This document shows positions 1-11,045 of a DNA stretch of 64,000 bases, in pieces. Position 1 is the first letter of the stretch; each line of letters starts with the position of its first letter. A program made the position numbers and the translations under genes. Source of the DNA: Lingula anatina (Eukaryota > Animalia > Brachiopoda). Under the pieces are notes generated by a model that did not search any database, was not told the DNA's origin, and saw only the letters and a program-made list of their open reading frames with translations. Location of the stretch: the NCBI GenBank assembly GCA_051362555.1, contig CM120641.1, forward strand, positions 46,692,401 through 46,756,400, in the 5' to 3' direction.

Positions 1-777
1 TCAGAGTTGTACATGTATCTCTAATTCACAAAATGACAGAGGTAAAATAATATATTAAATGCGACACAAGTTACCTTGGGGTATGAAATGTACACTAATG
101 TGAAGCATGCAAGGATGTCAAGAATATCAGTTAACATTCACTGCAGTGTAAGACGACAATATTTAACACATCGCATAAAATGAACTGTTATATTAGGAAT
201 TTCATGTAGGAGAGGCAGGGGAAATCTTGGATCTTATCAAGTGGTGTAGGATCAATTCTAAATTATTCCTGTCACTGGCACAGATCCATTTTCATCTCAT
301 GTACATGTAGTCTAGGTTACATCATCATTAGGCATCTTCAGCAATGAATTCCAATGACTGAATACTGGTAACACAACATAAACACAGAAGTGAACAGTCT
401 TTATATAATTATTACTAGCAACTTTGTGTATTCCTGTCACACAATACCAGATCAACAATTATTTTTAAAATTCTGATATAAAAACCTATAAATTTTGTGA
501 TAATGTGAACCATTCCTTCTCAATCAATATTCTGTCAATTTAATTGCTGCAGGATAACATGCTGTAATGTGACTCCTAGTTAAAGTAGAGACTTTGAGTG
601 CATCGCTAGAAATGCAATCATTTTCTTTTTGTCATTTTTATTTTAATTTTATATGTTTGAAGTCAGATATAATTGCTGTACATAGTTTATCATCATAAAT
701 GTTGTTTAGGTGATGAGAGATTTAGAATATGTTGTTGAACTGAGAGGAGGGATGACTGATCTTCTTTGATGTCAGCT

Positions 778-939
778 GGGGCCATAGCAATAGTTCAAAG
801 ATTCATTGGTCTGGATTTTCACTAAAGAACCTTTAGGACCAACAAATCTTTGATTAAAAAAACTGATGAAAATGCTACGATTTTTGGACCAATGAACCTT
901 CGGACCAATAATGAACCTTAGGACTATCAAGACGCCCCC
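778..939. mobile_element. Non-autonomous DNA element (MITE-like) with GGGG..CCCC termini and internal GAACCTT(C/A)GGAC repeats; unclassified
   Basis: Flanked by direct repeat TGTCAGC (770-776 and 940-946). Imperfect TIRs: ggggccatagcaatagttcaaagattcattggtc vs reverse complement of the right end. Tandem gaacctt-ggacca motifs at 826-925. Confidence 0.6.
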
Positions 940-985
940 TGTCAGCCATACTGCCCACCAGTACTAGCAAGCTTACTCAGACAAT

Positions 986-1154
986 GAGCACATTCAGAAC
1001 AGCGGATCAAATATGGTGACCGACTAAAAAGCTTGTCGCTTAATTCCCAATAAGACAATGAATAGATTCCCTGCAGGGATTACGCAAAAAGCATTCAGGT
1101 AAGTCAGCCATATTTGATCCACAGATCTGTTAGTCCGCAGTTCTGAATGCGCTC
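986..1154. mobile_element. MITE, PIF/Harbinger-superfamily-like (family A)
   Basis: 15-bp TIR GAGCACATTCAGAAC / GTTCTGAATGCGCTC (14/15 match). AAT on both flanks (983-985, 1155-1157). Internal inverted GGATCAAATATGG / CCATATTTGATCC. Related copies at 18088 and 28403. Confidence 0.8.
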
Positions 1155-1220
1155 AATCTGAGCACTCTGATGTATTTCGCCTTGCCTTGGTGTTTTGTAA
1201 GACACACTGTTTGTCTCTAG

Positions 1221-1252
1221 TACTTTTCCCTCCTGGCTACGATCCAATCAAG
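1221..1252 (+). CDS. Candidate isolated 32-nt micro-exon (xLFPPGYDPIK, phase 1 to 0)
   Basis: Acceptor ttgtctctag at 1211-1220 and consensus donor AAG|gtaagc at 1253; open frame. No partner exon established. Confidence 0.2.
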
Positions 1253-2094
1253 GTAAGCTCAAAGATCCAACAGATTATGTTTAGTGACACTGCTGGTGTA
1301 CATACTGACAATAATGGGCTACAACAGTTGCACCTGCGACCAACTGATATACACTGTAGATATCTTGAGATTGATTGTTATCTTGAAGCTACAAAGGTTT
1401 CCCATTCAGTTTTACATATGATCACTGAACAATTTAATTTTTGTCTGATCAAACTGATAAAAACTTTCATCAGTCAAATTAATAACAGAGCTCCTAAAGT
1501 GCAAACAATACTTTTAATTATAAATAACTGTTATATTTTATCCAACAATGCACAGACAAAACCCACCTCTTAGAAAAATGAGGTTCATTCACAAGAGTAT
1601 ACATTTAATGTTAGAGAAATACGAGTACATTTTATGTTTGAGAAATGAGCCATGGGTGTTCACCCCCATTCCCTGAGCCCCATGAATAAGGCCCTGTTAA
1701 TATATATCCTTGTAATTTACTGTTTAATTTAGATATTATACACCGAACTACAGACATCTATTACATCACACATAAAAGCTGATATTTGAAGAGTTTGAAT
1801 ATGTCTGGGATCAAACCTATTAATTTTCAAATAAGAAATATGAATACAAAGTACACTTTCATTTTGTATAGTGAAATGACAAATGACTAACTAGAAATTC
1901 CAAATTTGGCTTATTGAACTTGCTCTACATCATTTTAACCAAGGTGTAATATTCCAATATTCACACATGCATGCACACGTACATGTACAATACAATATAA
2001 AGTTTTGTTTAATTTTTAGAAAATAATGAAACTGAACATAACTCTTGGTGTAAGTGGTTTCAGCAATGACAACAATACTTAAGGCTACACATAT

Positions 2095-2272
2095 TGGAAC
2101 AAGCCAGCAATTTCTAAAGGCGTGCTTTTTCTGCAAAAGTGGAGTTTTTTTAAAGCATGTTAAAACTTGAAACCTTTGTGCACCTTGAACAAATTTTACC
2201 TGGAGGGAATATTTTCTCTGCAAAAAGGGTGGTTCGTTGGAATGCCATGAAACCACCCTGGCCTGTAAGTTG
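2095..2272 (+). mobile_element. Degenerate copy of the 7557-7709 MITE family
   Basis: Shares ordered blocks aaaagtgga, tgaaacctt, aaattttacc, gagggga-like, tgaaac and ccctggc with 7557-7709. Confidence 0.55.
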
Positions 2273-4744
2273 ACCAATTATGAAAAATGATGTAGGACTC
2301 TAATTTTGATGTATTAGTTCAGACCTTTTCTGTCCAAAAGGCAGTTCTCAAACCCCCTGTCTTGGGGCTTGATCAGAAGATCCCACACACCTAACAAGAT
2401 TTTAATGGTTTAAAGAATCAAGCACTGTCAAAGCAGCAATGTAAACTCGCAGTGCACTGTCCTAACACTGATTACAATGAAGTATCCAATCAATGATTCA
2501 ACAATAGAACGATTGTGCAAAAAGGGTTTTCCTAGGTCTAAACATTTGAGCTTCATTTGTGATGGTACTCTTCATTCATCATTATCTGGAACTCAATATC
2601 AAGGGACAGAGTTAGAATAGTAAGATGGATCAAACCTGTGGCACTTTGATGGGTTTGTGCCTTGTGTAAACCTTCATCATTATTAATTTTAGTGATCCCA
2701 TACATTTGATGCTTTAGAAAAGAAATCCATGAGAGGCACTGAAAAACCAATGTAAACATTATGCTTAAAATTTACTCCAGAATGAAAGAACACAAACTCG
2801 CAGCCTTATACAGAATAGAATTAAGGCTTTTTGCACTAGTATTGGAAAGTACAGTTCATATGATGAGTCCATTTTACTTTTCATCTCAACAAACATAGTT
2901 TCATCAAGGAAATGGATTTTCCACTTTCATGCACATCAACATCAAGGTATATTTCTCAACAATGCAGCACTTATTAATAATAAAAGATGATGGAAGCCAT
3001 TTCATTTTTTAGAGAAAATGACACCTGCTCAAAGAAGTGGCCATAATCAATATTTAGTGCAGAAATAAATGTAATGCTAAAATAAGGCATTTTCAAATAC
3101 AGCTTGAACAGATGTTTATAGACTAAAAAGCCAGGCTGTTTTAAATTTTTCCATGTCTTGTAACAAAAGGGAAAGGAATAGGTTATAAGCAAAGGGAGGG
3201 ACTTTTAGTATCAAAATGCTGTTTGGAAAATTATTTGTGCATATAACTTTAATATGCCACATAAAAAACAGCATAGATTAATGCCAAGGTTATAATAAAA
3301 GAATTTGTTACAAAATGAAATAAAAACTGCACTAGATAATGAATCTGGGTATAATATATTAATTGGTTGAAAATTGGGTATTAATAAAATAGAGAATAAG
3401 ACATCAACAAAATCTATTTTAATGGAGTGACCTAGCATAAATTCTCATAGACTGGATCCATCAATTCCCCCCCCCCCCTCCTTACCATAGAGCTTCACTG
3501 TCTCTATTGTGCATCATCATTAATAACACTGTGTGAAGAAAGTCCACTTAACACCTTTGTATCATCAGGCCTAAAGGAATTACATTTCTCCAATGAATTT
3601 AGTACAAATGTATAAATAAGATTGATTTTGAATACTTTTACAACCATGCTCAAAATAACAGTGTATAGGATTTTTGTTTTTTAGTTCATTTTATCATTTG
3701 TTGAAGTAATTTTGAATGCAAAGGCCTAGTATTGCAGGCGCAGATGAAAGCCGTATTCTGGGTCTTCAGGAAAACTGTCATAATTTTTTAAGTTTTCATT
3801 GATAAGCATCTTATTTTTTCTGTTGGAAGACAGTCAAAAATGGAGGATAGATAAACAAAGATAATTTGGAAGACTGTCAGAAAATGTCCCTGAATCTGCC
3901 CCCGTATTGTATAATTTACAAAAGATGTTAACAATACCAGTCCAAAAATGTACTTGCATGATGAGTTACACTTTTGTGCAACCCAAACTACACAATACAT
4001 GAGTATATACATGTTACACAAAACAATAAATGATAAGGTATTTTTCAAATAATATGCAGAAGCTTCATGAAATTCATGTGGCAATTCAGTCTGGAGCCTC
4101 TTCCATTTGTGATCACATTACAGTAGCTACGTAAGTTAAATTTGTATAAGTGTTTTTTTTTCTCTGATTTCAATAAATTATAACTAATTCAATTACCCAA
4201 CAGACAAAAAAGTCACCATCAGATTTACGCAAATTGTTTGACTCATCTTAAAGGCAAATGACAATTTTTTTTCAGGAAGTAATTTTGTTAAGTGAGATAA
4301 GCAAGGATACCAACAGTGCTGCACTAACAACAACAGTATATTCTTTTACAAGTTTAGCCCCATGGGAATATGAAGCCATTTTAAGCACACTGATAATGCT
4401 TTGCCATTTGTAAACCAGTTACTAGTGCATCAGCACCACTTCCAGGCTCAGAAACAATTCTGTATGTGTCACAAACCTATACAATCCCCTCAAAGAAGCA
4501 GGGGCATAAGCATGGCCTTGGATAATGTACAATTTCACTTCTTATATTAGCCTTTATTGCTATATGTAATAACATACCAAAAAGCTTTTCACTCTTAGTT
4601 TTATGTTCGACATCTTGAAGGTTATCAACAGTCCATTTTCCCATTTACTTGAAATGTAATTTTTCCAAATGTGACATCTACTCTGGCCATTGAAAAGAGA
4701 GTCATTGATCAACAGGTCTGTACGTCAGAGTTCGAGGAGAAGGC

Positions 4745-4964
4745 CTGGGGCAGATCCATGATTATTTGAAGGGGGGGGGGGCGGTAAAGAGCTCTATAAA
4801 ATTTTGATATTTTAGAGGGCAAACAGTGCCATTTGGTATTGTTTAGAACTACGATTCAGATAGTCAAAATTCTAATTTCAAGAGGGGACCGTCGGTGTGA
4901 CCGTTTTCAGAAATTGAAGAGGGGAGGTCAGGACCCACATGGTACCCCCCTAAATCCACCACTG
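4745..4964 (+). mobile_element. hAT-like MITE (family C, CAGGGGCGGAT / CAGTGGCGGAT-type termini)
   Basis: Termini ctggggcagatcca ... taaatccaccactg. 5-bp direct repeat AAGGC at 4740-4744 and 4965-4969. Interior (ggcaaacagtgcca, tcaaaattctaatt) matches the inverted copy at 18730-18978. Confidence 0.8.
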
Positions 4965-5718
4965 AAGGCGGATGCAAACGTATGATCAGTCAGTCTGTTT
5001 CTAAGCCACATTTTTCAAAGACCTGCTTTCCAGGATTTTAACAGCAAGGCAGAATTCTCTCAAGAAAAAAAAAATTTTTTTTTCCTTCCCATGAATCATT
5101 GCTTGCTCTGAGTCTGCACTTCAACTATTATGTTTTGTAACCTTTCTAATTGATAAATAATTAAGTTGGAAATGACTCACAACATCGCCTTCTCATTCTG
5201 TATACGTATTTCACCAGAAAATTTCCCACAAGATACTTTCAACTTGGGTTTTTTATTATTTTTACAATCTAAATTGGAGGGGGGGGGGGGGGTTAGTAAC
5301 TTTGCAGACATAGAAAATATAACTTTGGGAGATGTTCAAAAGTAAAAAGTTCATACCTTATCTTTTGACATTGATCCATGCACTAGTTTGTTCACTTCAC
5401 ATAATATTAAATAAAATTTTTCTTTAAATAAATTGTCATTTTGTTGGACAATCAAGGCATTATGTTATTCAGTTAAATAAGTGTTATTACAGTTTTTATT
5501 TCATGTGCCTTTGTATTTTATAATATTATATATATATATATATATAGCCACTTTGCATATGCAGTGACTGTGTAAATTCATGCAATGTGCCATTTAGAGC
5601 TTAATGAACTATTATTAATATCTTAATTTAATTATTATTGATTTGATTATGGAAGATAGTGAGTTGTCTGTGATGGTTGGTATGAAGTTATAATTAAATA
5701 TATTAGCTGCCAGGGTTT

Positions 5719-5719
5719 G

Positions 5720-5775
<56 letters not shown>
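5719..5775. repeat. (GA)n microsatellite
   Basis: Direct reading; explains the RE-repeat and SL-repeat ORFs. Confidence 0.98.
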
Positions 5776-5777
<2 letters not shown>

Positions 5778-6294
5778 AAAGACACTGCATTCCAGTTGAA
5801 ATACATGAAGATCTAAATCATAATATTATATTGCATTTAAGATTGCAGTTTATGAAAGAAACTGAGAATGACGTAAGAAATATGTGGGAAATCAGATGGT
5901 TCTTCAGCTCCAATATATCAAACAGCAGGGTGGGAAGGTATATTGATGAATTATAACAGAATTTCTGCCATTAAAGGAAAAGCAAGATGGATGTGATTAT
6001 TATACTCTTGTGGAGGTGAAGATTGAAGATAGAAACGTTCTTCTTTGCCCAGCATGCCCGCAAAAGCAGGCATGAGTCGATTTTTAAATTCTCTTTTTAT
6101 TGATTGCTTTAATTGAAAGTGTTGATTGAGGATGAAAGTATGACAGATTATGACAATTAAATTGGTACATGTAAAGGATATCCTACTAAGGAATAACAGA
6201 ACTACTGACAAATAAAGAATCCAAAATAGACATAAGGGGAAATTATAACTCCACTTCATAATTTGTCCATGATTGATACATATGGACAGTTACA

Positions 6295-6299
<5 letters not shown>

Positions 6300-6327
<28 letters not shown>
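6300..6327. repeat. Poly(A) tract
   Basis: 28 consecutive A. Confidence 0.95.
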
Positions 6328-6328
<1 letters not shown>

Positions 6329-7556
6329 AAGGGGCAGTTCACATTTATTCAGCAAGCTGTAATATGAAGACTGGATAATTACTTGCAAAAAAATTCTCAC
6401 AAGTAGACTGCACCAGTATATTGATCTACTCAGTTTTTTTAGTTGATAACAGAAGCCACAATTTTAGATATCTTGGTTTTAGGATATCTTTTTGTGGAAA
6501 GGTTCTTTTACTGTCAAGGCACTAGTAATTTGCTTTGCCTATGAAACCATATCCACTTTTCAGAGGCATGGTACTGTATATGTCTTATTACCAGTACTTG
6601 TCACTTGTGGAGAAATCAGTCTCACTTCTTAATCAGTTTTAGATAAATTAATAAGTTCATTAAACGAACTACATGAAAAAATAGATTTCTACAACAGTCA
6701 TTTAATTTAAAAAAGGTGTTTGATCCTCTGTTTTGGTCTTTTCAAGAAGGCACTGACTCTGGTACATGTAGTTTGATAGGGAAGGAATTCACGGCTTTAC
6801 AATGGTATAACTGCCATGGTTAATCCAGAGGAAATAATTCAGAATTCTTAAAAAATTCACTGGAAATGCTTCAGGGGAATCCACTTCCATCACATTTTAA
6901 TTGCCTAAATATTAACCAAACTTCAGAAAATGGTACATGTTTAAACTAACACAGAAGATGTCACTTTTGTAGATGATATCAATTTTAAAATACTTTATGG
7001 AAATGAAGTGTAATAAATGTACTGCATACAGGATATTTTCAAAATTCTCTGATGTAGAAATGAACCATTTTTTAAACTAAAGTTGATTAAAATTAATTAA
7101 AGCACTCTTGTACATATATTTTTGTCCACATTATCAATCAATATGAAAAATTCTGTACAATAGAATATGACATTTAGTATACCGGTAATTCAGGAATACA
7201 CAGTCACCCTCAATGACAACAATACTGAATTAGTGGTGAGTAAGAAATATAACACCTGTCAGTGAAATTACTGTAATACTACATTAAGATTAATTACCCA
7301 TCTTACATCATATATTAATTCATACCTCTTCCTAAATTTTTTTCATCATTTTTTTTCAAAAAAATTAAAAGTATTATACAGGATATTGTTTTGTATTGTA
7401 ATGTGTTGTACATGTAATTAATGCTTTATAATTATAATGGCTAAATAGAAAAATAAATAAAATGATAACAAAAATAATAATAATGATTGATCAATAAAAA
7501 AGTCCATCATACCGAATCTCAATGTTTATTATGAAAAAAAGTATACAGTATATCAA

Positions 7557-7709
7557 CAGGCTTGTAGCCAGGGTTCTTTTTTCTAAAAAAGTGGACCTTT
7601 TACCATGAAACCTTCATGTACCTAGATAAAATTTTACCCAGAGGGGACCTTTTCCTGGCAAGAAGTGGGGTTCTTTCAAACCCCTGAAACTCCCCTGGCT
7701 ACAGGCCTG
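7557..7709. mobile_element. hAT-like MITE (CAGG termini)
   Basis: 17-bp TIR CAGGCTTGTAGCCAGGG / CCCTGGCTACAGGCCTG (16/17). Near-match 5-bp flanks ATCAA / AACAA. Confidence 0.8.
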
Positions 7710-8797
7710 AACAAGGACTATAATGGTTTATCAGAACCTATGGATATCATCTGAGACAGATTTAACTGTAGTGGCTGGGACTGCACAAGTGTGAAATCAA
7801 TTTTACAAAACTAGAAGACATGGGAGAATCTGGAAAATGGGAAACTTTTCAGCAAAAAGGATGAAATTTTATGCTTGGGGAATATGCTGTCTAAGAAATA
7901 AAATGCAAAATTGACAATCAATAGATAGATAGATGGCAATTTATTCCAACATAAGCAGAAAGTACAAAGTGTTTTACAAGTTAGGATATACATAATATAT
8001 ATACAATCAGTGTAACAGAAATAAATTCATACTTATACATTAAAAAAATACATGGTGTGTTGTACAAAATATTGTAATTCTACAATACTAGAGGGAAAAT
8101 AAACAGAAAAATATGTGGATAAATTCTGTCATCTGTTATTTGCTATAACATACTCACTAATCTGTTATTATTATTTCTGATCCCACTTTTCTCCAAATTC
8201 TGTGAAATCTCACTTGATTCTAGGCTTATATAGTTGTGAGTCTTTTGGCAACCAGCTGGGAGGGGGGGGGGGAGAAATTCCCATTACAAACTATATTTGG
8301 GATATTAGGACTGCAGCCAGCAACCAGCCATTCAATTTCTACAACACCAGTATGTACCTTTACCTAGATTTCTACATGCAACTGACAGGTACGTGTAATT
8401 CCAACCAATGTTTTGAAATTAAGTTTTCCATTCCATTCCATTGAGGGAATACTTGGCATTCCTACCCCAATACACTGACAATTGCACAACAGGTAATTTC
8501 ATTTAGATAAAACACTACATGTACATGTATTATATATAGCCAGGCCATTAAAGCATCTTTGCACCATCTGCTCAGTAAACTTCTTTGGTTAAATTATTGT
8601 TTATTCTTGTGGCCATTATTCATTCACTATATTATTCAGTCTTGCGTTTCTAGAAACTTGCATTCATGGCAGATGAAATCCTGCAGACACCACTTGTATT
8701 TCTGTTTTAAAATGGTTGCAGGTGTCACTCATACCCCTTTACTATACTTTGTGGGCTTGACTTCCCCCTGGGGACCACTCCCAGACCAGCTATCCTA

Positions 8798-9005
8798 CTA
8801 ACTATGGATCAATCTATTTCTAAAGGGATTCTCAATAAATTGTGGTCAACTCAGGCGGCTTAGATGTCTGTATAACAGCTACTGAAGCTGCTAGGGGGTA
8901 ATTAATTGTTGTTTAGCAGCTTCAGTGGGTGTGCCAGACATCTAAGCTGCTTGAGTTGAAAGCAATTTAGCAAGAAACCCCTCGGAGATGGATCGATCCT
9001 GTTAG
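8798..9005. mobile_element. Fold-back (palindromic) element with ~95-bp imperfect arms
   Basis: tcaactcaggcggcttagatgtctg pairs with cagacatctaagctgcttgagttga; ctgaagctgcta pairs with tagcagcttcag. Arms extend to ctaac/gttag around a ~20-nt loop. Confidence 0.85.
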
Positions 9006-9127
9006 ATCGTTCTAGGCATGGGAACCTAGTCCTAGACTCCCTCAGTCTTCCTTCAAAGCAGTGGAAAGTTTGTTTTGATTGCTTTTACCATGCTCGTGCA
9101 ATCCTGCCCCATTAACTTCATAAGTGG

Positions 9128-9202
9128 TCAATTAATTGCACCACATGGTTCTGTGATGAGTTCATTCACCAGAGGGACAACTTCATCAGCACTCCAGCAG
9201 TA
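9128..9202 (-). CDS. Candidate terminal coding exon YCWSADEVVPLVNELITEPCGAIN* (protein not recognised)
   Basis: Minus-strand acceptor atttgttttcaattgcag| followed by 24 open codons and TGA; more balanced composition than flanks. Confidence 0.3.
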   Translation of the reverse strand, partial: YCWSADEVVPLVNELITEPCGAIN

Positions 9203-10169
9203 CTGCAATTGAAAACAAATGCTGCAGAATTGTATTAATGTAATTTATGATCAATTGTCCTATCTTGCTATAATCTCACTACACTGCCTTGATGTTAATG
9301 GTGTTGATTATGTAGCTAATACGAAGTTAATGCATTTTCATTGCATTTATTCATGTAAAAGATAGTGTTGTCCATTTCTGTTTATCTGCACATGCACCAA
9401 AACTAAAATTGACACTTGCGAATAATTGATAAAGTTACATACTATATCTGCCTCTAGAGTTCTCTTAAGAGATGCTTACAAATTTAAAAACTGGAAAGAC
9501 CTCATTCATCATTTTTTTTTATTCGAAACTGCACAACAGCGGAAAATTAATATGGCTTCCTCTTGATATGCTAGAAAAATTAATGTAATCTTCTACATCA
9601 ATCTAGTTTTCCCTAGAGTTAAATCTTTCTCCAGAGAGCTTTTGGCACCAATGAGCTGCAATTGCATCACAGTCAGTAACTGCATAGGGCAACTGACTTC
9701 CTTCCCTTTGTAACATTTATCCATTTTGCACACCTAATTAACTAATGGCTTTTACAGATATGACGTCACATAAGCAAGGTTTACTTGATTAGGGTAATTA
9801 TTGTAGTCCTTAGTGTTTAAAAATATCTTTAAAACATCTATCAACAACATCTAATAAGACCTCGTTAGAGGTTGAGACAACCACACAAGTTTAACTGCAT
9901 TTGCAGGGCTAAAATAATGTCAAGACAATTAGGTTTCAGAGAAGCAATTTTTTTCCTATCCATAATAAAAAGTCCACCTTAGCTATAGGCTAGGGTAGTG
10001 CTCCCAAGTGAGTTGAGGAAAATGAACAGAAGCCACCAGTTTCAGGCAACTGAGAAAACACTTCTAGATGCCAACTGATGCAATGTCGTGCTCTGCTCTT
10101 TATTCACTGATCTTTAGATAAACCCTGAGGCTCGTTTCAGGTAAAGATAATTTTGTTTTTCTAGAAACC

Positions 10170-10376
10170 CAGGGTCGGATCTAGAATTATTTGTCTGAAG
10201 GGGAGAACCGATTTTTGGGAATGTTCAGGTTCAAGTTTATTCAATCTCACAAGTGGAATATTTTCAACATTGGGATACAAATAGAACATTCAACATTGAG
10301 CTACTAAGTTATGACAGACTGCGAATGCGAAGCCGAACCCCAACCCCTCCTCGACCCGCCCCTAAATCTGCCATTG
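10170..10376 (+). mobile_element. hAT-like MITE with family C termini, different interior
   Basis: CAGGGTCGGATCTAG ... CTAAATCTGCCATTG termini with C-rich subterminal tract; TSD not clean. Confidence 0.65.
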
Positions 10377-10500
10377 TACCCCAGTAACTCCAGCTAAAAA
10401 GGCTGATGGTCAAGCAGGACATGGATGAGGAAACAAATTTGTCAAGATTTTTTTTTAGACAACTGGAACCCATGGCCAGGGAACAAACCTGTCTGACTTA

Positions 10501-11045
10501 GGCTGCATTCACATGATAAATCTAAATTCTAAAAACCTAAAAATCTCTTGGCGGCATCTAGTGATCACGGTCTGTGCCCTGAATACACCGCGGCGTAATT
10601 AACTAGCAGAGCGAGCAAGTTACTTCCCAATAATTGCAAAATGCACGACTGACTTTCTTGATGATTGTTTTAAAGCTAGGGATATGAAAATTCTGATACC
10701 TGGACGTATGCGCAGAGAGAAAGAAAATGACGGTTGCGGTTGCTTTGAAAAATGTGTTTGTCGATTTTGTGCAACAACAAGACGAAGAAGATATGGTCCA
10801 TATACACACGACAGATATGGGTGTAAACTGACAAAATCCACAATTTAGAGATACAACTGCTAATGCATCCAGGCGTCAGAATCTCCTCCGAGCACAGCCG
10901 AGAATTAATTACAGCTTTGGAAACGACTCGCTCGCGCTGCTAGTTAATTACCCCGCGGGTTATTCAGGGCACAGACCGTGATCACTAGATACCGCCAATG
11001 TATTTTAAGGTTTTTAGAATTTAGGTTTTTCATGTGAACGCAGCC
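10501..11045. mobile_element. PIF/Harbinger-type MITE, 545 bp, ~130-bp TIRs (family B)
   Basis: Termini GGCTGCATTCACATGA / TCATGTGAACGCAGCC. Perfect TTA TSD (10498-10500, 11046-11048). Long arms include tctagtgatcacggtctgtgccctgaata / tattcagggcacagaccgtgatcactaga. 3-bp TWA TSD is the PIF/Harbinger hallmark. Confidence 0.93.

Noticed and set aside
1187-1573. 128-aa ORF
   Set aside because: Non-ATG start, no recognisable domain, intron-like 3' half; only the 32-nt internal segment kept as a weak exon candidate.
5615-5956. ORFs with SLSLSL and RERERE tracts
   Set aside because: Translation of the (GA)n microsatellite.
9267-9289. Minus-strand AGGCAGTGTAGT matching the 5' end of miR-34 family members
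   Set aside because: Match stops after 12 nt and no convincing downstream star arm forms a pre-miRNA hairpin.
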